Positions 1 to 6,614 of a stretch of 64,000 bases of DNA are shown piece by piece. The position numbers were made by a program, and so were the translations under genes. Source of the stretch: a virus; IMG/VR virus record IMGVR_UViG_3300045988_176431, positions 160,001 through 224,000 of that record; one strand, given 5' to 3'. Positions within the stretch are counted from its first letter, which is position 1, and the number at the start of each line of letters is the position of its first letter. The notes beneath the pieces are model-generated. The model made no database searches, was not told where the DNA came from, and saw nothing but the letters and a program-made list of their open reading frames with translations.

Positions 1-609
1 GCAATCGTTACTCATTCTGCTAGAGTAATGGATGATGCCAAAATTCAAAATGATGTAATGATTGCAGATAGTGCTTTAATTCTTGAGAATGCTCTTATAC
101 GAAATAATGCGGCAGTACATAATTCAGCATCTGTTTGTGGGAATGCAGTAGTTGAAGATGATGTAACAATAGTCGATAATGCTCATATATGTGATTATTC
201 TCATATACAAGATTATGCTTTTATTCATGATAATGCGATAATAACGGGATATGCAAAAGTAATGGATAATGCTGAAGTTTTTAATAATTCTAGGATTTCT
301 GGATTCACCACCATATTCGAAAATGCTCGTATTTATCATAATGGTAATGATATAATATGTGGTAATATTGGTGATGACGCATTCATAACATCAGTATATG
401 AAGATATATTTTATACAGAAATAGGAAAATTTAATTTAACAGCATATCGTACAAATTATGGATTTATGATTTGTTATTATAATGAATTCGGTAAGTATAT
501 ATGTATAGATCCAAAATATTTTAAAAGAGTAATTCGCACATTATATAAGGGTAAAAGAAGGAAATTACTATTAAAAACTTATAGAGTAATAAAAGAATAT
601 TTTAAATAA
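1..609 (+). CDS. Hexapeptide-like (left-handed beta-helix type) repeat protein, probably 5'-truncated by the window edge
   Basis: About 18 consecutive 6-residue repeats [ILV]-x-[DN]-[NDY]-[AS]-x (e.g. DNAHICDYSHIQDYAFIHDNAIITGYAKVMDNAEV). The frame is open from nt 1, and the upstream residues AIVTHSARV continue the repeat before the listed ATG at 28. Confidence 0.55.
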   Translation, partial: AIVTHSARVMDDAKIQNDVMIADSALILENALIRNNAAVHNSASVCGNAVVEDDVTIVDNAHICDYSHIQDYAFIHDNAIITGYAKVMDNAEVFNNSRISGFTTIFENARIYHNGNDIICGNIGDDAFITSVYEDIFYTEIGKFNLTAYRTNYGFMICYYNEFGKYICIDPKYFKRVIRTLYKGKRRKLLLKTYRVIKEYFK

Positions 610-622
610 GGAGGAAATAAAT

Positions 623-1141
623 ATGTTAAAAAGAATAGAATCTGTATCAATAGATTTTGAATCAAGGAAACCGTTAGATATTACTAAACCAAAGGATTTT
701 ATGCTTAATTATAATGAGGTTACAAATTCACATACCTTAAAAATATTATCTCGTATTAAAGATGTTAATCATATTAGTGAAAATATGGCAATGATTATCA
801 GTCATTATATTTTAGCACGATTGTACCAGACTGGTCAACTTAAATCTATGCGTATTATGAAATTTCATAACGATGAAGATTTTCAAAAAGATATTCTAAC
901 ATCAATTTATGATATAGATAGAGGAAATAAAGAGGTAAGTTTGAAATATAATTTTAGTTATATAAAAGCTTATGCTGAAATATATTCAGACTTATTGGAT
1001 GGATATAAATCAGAGTCATGTTGTAAAGAAATACTTGATGACACTATTTCCATATTAAAAGAAAATGGAATTAATGCCAGTGTTAAAGATACATGGTATA
1101 GTGTTATAGTATTGATTAATTTTAAAAAGAAAGTGAGGTGA
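623..1141 (+). CDS. Hypothetical protein, member 1 of a four-gene tandem paralogue array
   Basis: RBS AAGGAGG upstream. C-terminal block CCKEILDDTISILKENGINASVKD is shared with the next three ORFs. Confidence 0.7.
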   Translation: MLKRIESVSIDFESRKPLDITKPKDFMLNYNEVTNSHTLKILSRIKDVNHISENMAMIISHYILARLYQTGQLKSMRIMKFHNDEDFQKDILTSIYDIDRGNKEVSLKYNFSYIKAYAEIYSDLLDGYKSESCCKEILDDTISILKENGINASVKDTWYSVIVLINFKKKVR

Positions 1142-1146
1142 ATGTG

Positions 1147-1611
1147 ATGAAATTAAGATATCTAAGTAGGATATTATCATATGATGATATCACAAACCCA
1201 GAGACAAACGAAATAAAAAAGATAGTAAGAAGTAAGAGAAGAATAAGTAGAAATATTGCTAAACTCATTACTTGTGAATTATATTATAAGAACGTGAAGT
1301 TCAACAAGTTACCTGATGATATTCCAGATAAAGATGGTATTGCTTTATCGAATTTTCATATGATCAACCAAATGATAGAAATTGCTTGTGAGGATGTAGT
1401 TGTACATGGTAAAAAATATAAACCCAAATTTATAAAAAAATACGAGTTAATATTTAAGCATATATTACGTGGATCTGATAATAATGAACTTTTTTGTGAA
1501 GAAGTATTAGATGATGTTATTTTTAAATTACGTAATAGAGGGATTGATGCAAGATACAATGATAATCCTAGAGCACATCTCATTATTAATTTATCACAAA
1601 AAGCAGATTAA
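1147..1611 (+). CDS. Hypothetical protein, paralogue 2
   Basis: Track ORF 1138..1611. The ATG at 1147 follows GAGGTG and overlaps the upstream stop (translational coupling). C-terminal block FCEEVLDDVIFKLRNRGIDARYND. Confidence 0.7.
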   Translation: MKLRYLSRILSYDDITNPETNEIKKIVRSKRRISRNIAKLITCELYYKNVKFNKLPDDIPDKDGIALSNFHMINQMIEIACEDVVVHGKKYKPKFIKKYELIFKHILRGSDNNELFCEEVLDDVIFKLRNRGIDARYNDNPRAHLIINLSQKAD

Positions 1612-1625
1612 GGAGGATAATAAAA

Positions 1626-2201
1626 ATGAAAAATTGGAAAAAATTTGATCCATCAAAATTAATTGTAAAACGGGAAGAAGCTATGTATCCTAATACATAT
1701 TATATTAAAAAGAAATATGCTAAGAATTCTAATGAAGATGCTGAATTTATTGCTGCAACTGATACAATTACAATGCTTCTCACACACTGGATTTTGATAG
1801 GTAAACTTGAAAGTCCTGCTACGATGGTTATTGATATTGGAATGAGTAAAAATATTGGTCGTAGCCCAATGAATAATAAGAAACAAAATATTTTAAATTC
1901 TATTGAGGAATCAATTAATGAAGATGATTTATATATTACATCGGATTTTATTGAAAAATACTTCAATATTTTAGGTCATATAATAAGTGGATTTGGTACA
2001 GGTGAACCATATTGTATAAAATTATATAATAACATTTGCAGAAAGTTGCAAACTAATGGATATGATGTTGAATATGATTTTAACAAAAATAGTATGTTAA
2101 TTCATGCAGTTTTTAAAGATATTGAAGAAGAATCAGATGTTAAAGAATCGGCTGCTCAATATGATACTGATATGAGCTTAAGTTCTAGTATGAATTATTA
2201 A
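1626..2201 (+). CDS. Hypothetical protein, paralogue 3
   Basis: RBS AAGGAGG. C-terminal block YCIKLYNNICRKLQTNGYDVEYDF plus an acidic tail. Confidence 0.7.
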   Translation: MKNWKKFDPSKLIVKREEAMYPNTYYIKKKYAKNSNEDAEFIAATDTITMLLTHWILIGKLESPATMVIDIGMSKNIGRSPMNNKKQNILNSIEESINEDDLYITSDFIEKYFNILGHIISGFGTGEPYCIKLYNNICRKLQTNGYDVEYDFNKNSMLIHAVFKDIEEESDVKESAAQYDTDMSLSSSMNY

Positions 2202-2227
2202 AGAGATTATATTTAAGAAGGTAAAAA

Positions 2228-2707
2228 ATGAGTAAATTTAACTTAGAGGATTTAATTTTAAATGAAAAAGATGCTACAAATCCAAAGACTTATACTATTA
2301 AGATAGACAGAAAATTTAATGATGAAACTTTGGTAAATTTTAGTGCTGCAATTATTACACACTATATCAAAAATAAAATAAATGATTCTCCTGAAATAGA
2401 AGAAATTATTATTAATGAGAATCTAATTTCGTATGATGATCGAAAAGCCATATTTTATTCTTTATTAAATCTCCTTCATTATAAAAATAATGAGAATGAT
2501 AGTTTGTTTCATATAACAAAAGAAAATATTAGTGATTGTTTATGTTTACTTTATACAGCAATAAAGGGTTTTTATTATGAAGATCATTGTAAACACTTGG
2601 TTTATAGATTATTTGAAATATTAAAAGTAAAAGGTTATAAGCAATGTGATATTACTTTAGATAGTATTAAAATACAAATTACAGAATCAACAAATGATAA
2701 AGAATAA
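2228..2707 (+). CDS. Hypothetical protein, paralogue 4
   Basis: RBS AGAAGG. C-terminal block HCKHLVYRLFEILKVKGYKQCDIT. Confidence 0.7.
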   Translation: MSKFNLEDLILNEKDATNPKTYTIKIDRKFNDETLVNFSAAIITHYIKNKINDSPEIEEIIINENLISYDDRKAIFYSLLNLLHYKNNENDSLFHITKENISDCLCLLYTAIKGFYYEDHCKHLVYRLFEILKVKGYKQCDITLDSIKIQITESTNDKE

Positions 2708-2740
2708 ATATAAAAAAAGAAAGAAATGATTCATTTCATG
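2701..2740 (+). repeat. Intergenic repeat element, diverged copy 1
   Basis: AGAATAAATATAAAAAAAGAAAGAAATGATT is identical to copies 2 and 3, then diverges (c/a, g/t). Overlaps the stop of the upstream gene. Confidence 0.7.
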
Positions 2741-2761
2741 CGGAATTTTGGAGGTGAAAAT

Positions 2762-2995
2762 ATGAAATATGTTGTTATTTTAATTGCAATAGTTTTAGTT
2801 TTACTAATTTTTCTATTTGTGTCATACATGTTAGCAGATTATATTAAACCATTAAAAAAGTTCTTTTGCAAAATAGGGTGGCATTGTCACCAAAAGGATT
2901 ATATTACTGAGGGTTTCGATGGTGTTTCCATGCATTGTAAATGTAAATGGTGTGGTTACAAAGGTATGGTAGATAGTCAAGGAAATTTATTTTAG
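2762..2995 (+). CDS. Small membrane-anchored Cys/His-rich protein
   Basis: Track ORF 2726..2995; the ATG at 2762 is preceded by GGAGGTG. One hydrophobic helix (YVVILIAIVLVLLIFLFVSYML), then CKIGWHCH...HCKCKWCGY. Ends with TAG. Confidence 0.6.
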   Translation: MKYVVILIAIVLVLLIFLFVSYMLADYIKPLKKFFCKIGWHCHQKDYITEGFDGVSMHCKCKWCGYKGMVDSQGNLF

Positions 2996-3007
2996 GAGAA
3001 TAATACA

Positions 3008-3550
3008 ATGTCAAATTTATATGTATATTTAATTTGTTCTCGAAACAAGGATAATAAGGACATTCCAAACTTTAAGGAACGTGCTAAAACAATTCTTGAA
3101 TACAAAGAAAACGAAGATAAAGTGATTGAAGTTTTTAATGATTTTGCAACTAAAGGACTTCCTGGCGAACAGACAAGATTATATAGGTCAGTTAATTCAA
3201 GGAATGAAGAGAAAATCAGAGAAGAGTTGATTATTCGTCTGCTGAGAGATAAGCCAAGTATGACACAACTTAATCGTACATTAGCATCCGTTGCACAACA
3301 GGTACAAAATCGTGATGAGAGCAAATGGCTGTTTGATTTTGATATAGATGATGAAAAATTAGCAGATAAGTTTATACATGCGATTCATAGTTATTCAGTT
3401 ATTATTCCAATTAAACTTATTGAAAAGTATAAAACCCCAAATGGTTATGCAATTATTATTCCGCATGGTTTTGATACAAGAGAGCTTATGGAAAATTGGA
3501 AAGATTATGATATCACATTGAAGAAAGATGAGCTGTTTTTTTGGATATGA
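3008..3550 (+). CDS. Hypothetical protein; weak resemblance to small archaeo-eukaryotic primase (AEP) motifs
   Basis: RBS AGGAG. Motifs LYRSVNSRN, WLFDFDIDD (DxD-like) and GYAIIIPHGFD (sGxH-like). The assignment is tentative. Confidence 0.55.
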   Translation: MSNLYVYLICSRNKDNKDIPNFKERAKTILEYKENEDKVIEVFNDFATKGLPGEQTRLYRSVNSRNEEKIREELIIRLLRDKPSMTQLNRTLASVAQQVQNRDESKWLFDFDIDDEKLADKFIHAIHSYSVIIPIKLIEKYKTPNGYAIIIPHGFDTRELMENWKDYDITLKKDELFFWI

Positions 3551-3580
3551 TAACGAATGGAGGGTGAGTATGTACGAAAA

Positions 3581-3630
3581 ATTAAGAGAATAAATATAAA
3601 AAAAGAAAGAAATGATTAATTTCATTTCTT
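3581..3630 (+). repeat. Intergenic repeat element, copy 2 (50 nt identical to copy 3)
   Basis: ATTAAGAGAATAAATATAAAAAAAGAAAGAAATGATTAATTTCATTTCTT. Contains the hairpin AAGAAATGA/TCATTTCTT. Confidence 0.85.
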
Positions 3631-3684
3631 GCAAAGTTAGAAAGATTAGTTAAAAAAATATAAAGGCAAAGGAGATTTTAAAAA

Positions 3685-3951
3685 ATGATGAATTTTGGAC
3701 AGGCAATTGAAGCATTAAAGAATGGTAAGAAAGTAGCAAGAGTTGGATGGAATGGTAAGGGTATGTTTTTGTATTATGTCCCAGTTGGTGCATATGCTCC
3801 TTGTACAGAAATTGCAGAAAGTCTTGTTAATGAGAATGGATTAGTGGAATATGGAGCATATATTGCTATGAAAACTGCACAGGGCAATGTAGTTCCTTGG
3901 TTGGCAAGTCAGACAGATATGCTTGCAGAAGATTGGAACGTAGTAGAGTAA
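3685..3951 (+). CDS. DUF2829-family protein (the family that contains anti-Thoeris Tad2)
   Basis: FGQAIEALKNGKKVARVGWNGKGMFL at the N-terminus and VPWLASQTDMLAEDWNVVE at the C-terminus match the DUF2829 signature as I remember it. 88 aa, RBS AAAGGAG. Confidence 0.75.
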   Translation: MMNFGQAIEALKNGKKVARVGWNGKGMFLYYVPVGAYAPCTEIAESLVNENGLVEYGAYIAMKTAQGNVVPWLASQTDMLAEDWNVVE

Positions 3952-3959
3952 AATGAGAT

Positions 3960-3998
3960 GCTATATAGTGCGTATTCATTTAACACGCACTATATAGC
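3960..3998 (+). promoter_or_regulatory. Perfect 13-bp stem hairpin directly after the DUF2829 gene
   Basis: GCTATATAGTGCG (3960-3972) pairs with CGCACTATATAGC (3986-3998). No clear T-run, so it may be a weak terminator or a processing/regulatory site. Confidence 0.4.
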
Positions 3999-4053
3999 AA
4001 TAAAAGTACCAAGAAATATTGAATTCATGCGAAGTTTAGAAAGAGAGGTAAAT

Positions 4054-4722
4054 ATGAAATTAAAAGTACATTCATTAAGAATAGAACATATTCGTACATA
4101 CAATGATAGAGACGGTGATTTTGAAGACAATTCTAAATATATCTTAAATTGTATTTCGGAGTATGATTTAAAATATGAAGTATCACTTTGGACTGAATAT
4201 GGTGATTGTCCTAGTGGATGGTGTAGTGCATCATATGGACATTGTGAAGTCAGACGTGTCGATTCATTTATCGGCTCAACACATAAACCAATCAAAGATT
4301 TATCGTTTGAAATCGAGACAAAAGAAGGAAACTTTAAAGATATTATTTATGATGCTAAGAATGATATTTACCATGTAGATTACAATGGTGGTAATCCTTG
4401 GTATCCAGATGGTGATGTTGGAATTACGAAAGAATTATTTACAGAAACAAATCGTGCAATGGATAAAAGACCTGTTTGGATTTTCAAAGGTGATAGTGGA
4501 TTAGGTAAGAGTTATATTGCAGGAATTATTGCTAATTCAGATCGAGCGAAAACAGTATATGAGATAGACGCTCATGAAAAATTAGACACCATTGAAGCTG
4601 ACATTATTGTTGTTGGTAATAAATATGAACATTCATTTGAAGAAATTGAGTCAAAAATCAAAGGAGAGCATGAAATCATTTATGTTGACTTTTCAAAAAA
4701 AGCCTATAAAATTACAAAATAA
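4054..4722 (+). CDS. P-loop NTPase-like protein
   Basis: Track ORF 3958..4722. Its first ATG lies inside the hairpin, and the ATG at 4054 has RBS AGAGAGG. Walker A-like GDSGLGKS, followed by ADIIVVG (Walker B-like). Confidence 0.6.
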   Translation: MKLKVHSLRIEHIRTYNDRDGDFEDNSKYILNCISEYDLKYEVSLWTEYGDCPSGWCSASYGHCEVRRVDSFIGSTHKPIKDLSFEIETKEGNFKDIIYDAKNDIYHVDYNGGNPWYPDGDVGITKELFTETNRAMDKRPVWIFKGDSGLGKSYIAGIIANSDRAKTVYEIDAHEKLDTIEADIIVVGNKYEHSFEEIESKIKGEHEIIYVDFSKKAYKITK

Positions 4723-4794
4723 GGCTTTCTGGAAGCGAAAAGTACCAAGAATTTTCGATTTCTTTTGGAGAATATTAAAGTGGAGGTAATTATA

Positions 4795-5055
4795 ATGACA
4801 AGTTATGAATTTGAAAAAGCTGCAAAGAATGCAGTAATTCAAACATTAAGTGATGATATCAGTATTGACCAGTTGGATCTTGTGTGGTTTGCACATGAGT
4901 TAGGTTATAAGAAATGTACTATTTGGGGAAAGCCAATGGGTAACAGATATGCAGAAGTTACTTATAACAGAGATAAAGATGAGATGTATGTAGACATTTA
5001 TCAGAAGATTATTAACAACAAGATTTCGTCTGATGAGTTCAATTTTGAAGCGTAA
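4795..5055 (+). CDS. Hypothetical protein
   Basis: Track ORF 4765..5055; the ATG at 4795 is preceded by GGAGG. Confidence 0.6.
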   Translation: MTSYEFEKAAKNAVIQTLSDDISIDQLDLVWFAHELGYKKCTIWGKPMGNRYAEVTYNRDKDEMYVDIYQKIINNKISSDEFNFEA

Positions 5056-5069
5056 AGGAGAATATAATT

Positions 5070-5315
5070 ATGACATTAAAAGATACAGTGGAAATGATGA
5101 ACAGTGATGATTATAAGGAAAGGTTTAAAGCTGAGTATTATCAGTTGGTTATAAGATATAGAAGTCTTAGATCAATGATTACAAAATGGGATGAGGGGAC
5201 ATTAAATTTTGAACCAACTTGCCCAAGAAACATATATAATACGCAAATTAAGGCTATGGTTGATTATATTGCGGTTCTGAAAGCAAGAGCAGTAATGGAA
5301 GGCATTGATTTATAA
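5070..5315 (+). CDS. Small helical hypothetical protein
   Basis: RBS AAGGAG. 81 aa, helical-looking sequence; resembles small proteins common in Firmicute phages but I cannot name the family. Confidence 0.6.
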   Translation: MTLKDTVEMMNSDDYKERFKAEYYQLVIRYRSLRSMITKWDEGTLNFEPTCPRNIYNTQIKAMVDYIAVLKARAVMEGIDL

Positions 5316-5364
5316 TCGAAGGAATCTGACATTTTTTGGTATAATTTTAAAGGAGAATTATAGA

Positions 5365-5460
5365 ATGAATGTTATTTGTAAAGATAGAGAATCTTTAAGA
5401 CTAAAATACGAACAGTTTATTCAGACTGAGAGAGGTAAAGAGTGGAAACACTTTTGGTAG
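5365..5460 (+). CDS. 31-aa ORF ending in TAG, with an in-frame open extension to TAA at 5533-5535
   Basis: RBS AGGAG 9 nt upstream of the ATG. MNVICKDRESLRLKYEQFIQTERGKEWKHFW*, then SQTGSERSGDFGDYLYDFYPEMLQ*. Confidence 0.4.
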   Translation: MNVICKDRESLRLKYEQFIQTERGKEWKHFW

Positions 5461-5569
5461 AGTCAAACAGGTTCAGAAAGAAGTGGGGATTTTGGAGATT
5501 ACCTTTATGACTTTTATCCAGAAATGTTGCAGTAAACAGAGAATATATAATTATGGAAGGTGAAAAAAA

Positions 5570-5893
5570 ATGCTAAAGAATATTGAAGACATCATTATTT
5601 CAAGAGCAAGAAATAGTGAAAAATTAGAGGTTTTAAAGCAATATGAAGATGATATAAAAACAGCGAAAGACATCATCAATGGCAAACTTACATATTGTGA
5701 GGAGTGCAAAGACTATTATCTTACAAAATCTTTCTTTTCAGAAAAAGAAACTATTCCTACAAAAATTTGTGTGTATGAAGATCCGATTAATTCAGGTGGT
5801 AACGATTATGTAGATGGATATGTTGATATTTTATATAGTGTTTGTCCTAAAGGTCATAAGCATGTAATTAATAGAAAAGAGAGAAGAAAATAA
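5570..5893 (+). CDS. Zinc-ribbon-like hypothetical protein
   Basis: RBS GGAAGGTG. CEECKDY...(44 aa)...CPKGHKH, a putative 4-ligand site. Confidence 0.6.
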   Translation: MLKNIEDIIISRARNSEKLEVLKQYEDDIKTAKDIINGKLTYCEECKDYYLTKSFFSEKETIPTKICVYEDPINSGGNDYVDGYVDILYSVCPKGHKHVINRKERRK

Positions 5894-6003
5894 AATACTT
5901 GGAATTACTTCTACACTACTTAGGATGTGATGGAGATAATATTTTGAGAATCTAGTAGTCAAAATTAGAATTAGTAATTAAAATCTCACTAAAAGTAGAT
6001 GAT

Positions 6004-6069
6004 ATTAAGAGAATAAATATAAAAAAAGAAAGAAATGATTAATTTCATTTCTTTCTTTTTTTTATCCAT
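6004..6069 (+). repeat. Intergenic repeat element, copy 3, extended into a strong rho-independent terminator
   Basis: The same 50 nt as 3581-3630. Here the stem extends to AAAGAAAGAAATGA/TCATTTCTTTCTTT and is followed by a T-run. Confidence 0.85.
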
Positions 6070-6281
6070 TATAATGATATCCCATGTAATCCAGAAAACT
6101 GCATAGGTTTTCTCACAAACTCTTTGTTATCGGTATAAATACCACCACCGATAACAGCTTTAGATTCAAAGAGACTAGCATTTGCTGCTCTTCTCTTTTT
6201 AATGAGTGAATCACGAATTTTATGATAAAATTTCCGAGTGATATAAATTGACTCAGAGAGATTATCAAGTTTTATGTACAC
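6069..6281 (-). CDS. Hypothetical ORF lacking a convincing start; possibly the -1 frame extension of 6272..6448
   Basis: The listed start is GTG with no RBS and there is no internal ATG near the N-terminus. It overlaps the upstream ORF by 10 nt at a GAAAAAG run. Confidence 0.35.
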   Translation of the reverse strand: MYIKLDNLSESIYITRKFYHKIRDSLIKKRRAANASLFESKAVIGGGIYTDNKEFVRKPMQFSGLHGISL

Positions 6282-6448
6282 ACTTTTTCAATACACGGTG
6301 TACCATAAAGGATATCATTTGCATTCTTTATTGCAAGATCAACTTTCTTACAGAACTTGCTTAAAGATTCCAAATCTTCTGGAACTTCTGTGAATCTCAA
6401 CTCACATAACTCCTTAATCACCCTATCGATTTCTTCGAAATTACTCAT
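6272..6448 (-). CDS. 58-aa hypothetical protein (below the ORF-track size cut-off)
   Basis: Hand translation: MSNFEEIDRVIKELCELRFTEVPEDLESLSKFCKKVDLAIKNANDILYGTPCIEKVCT*. RBS AAGGAG 8 nt upstream of the ATG. Confidence 0.6.
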   Translation of the reverse strand: MSNFEEIDRVIKELCELRFTEVPEDLESLSKFCKKVDLAIKNANDILYGTPCIEKVCT

Positions 6449-6614
6449 AGTAATTCTCCTTTCTGGTTTAAAGAGTTATTCCTTCTCTTTATTTTTTTAT
6501 CATATTACAAATATAATATATATATGATATTATGAAAAATACTCTTTTGTATATAAAGACATTAAAAAAACATTCATTTAATACCGTTAAGGAAGGAATG
6601 AGGTGAATTAAAAA

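Noticed and set aside
2701-6069. The repeated 40-50-bp element as a CRISPR array
   Set aside because: There are only three copies, with irregular spacing (about 0.9 and 2.4 kb) and protein-coding genes between them. No cas genes are present.
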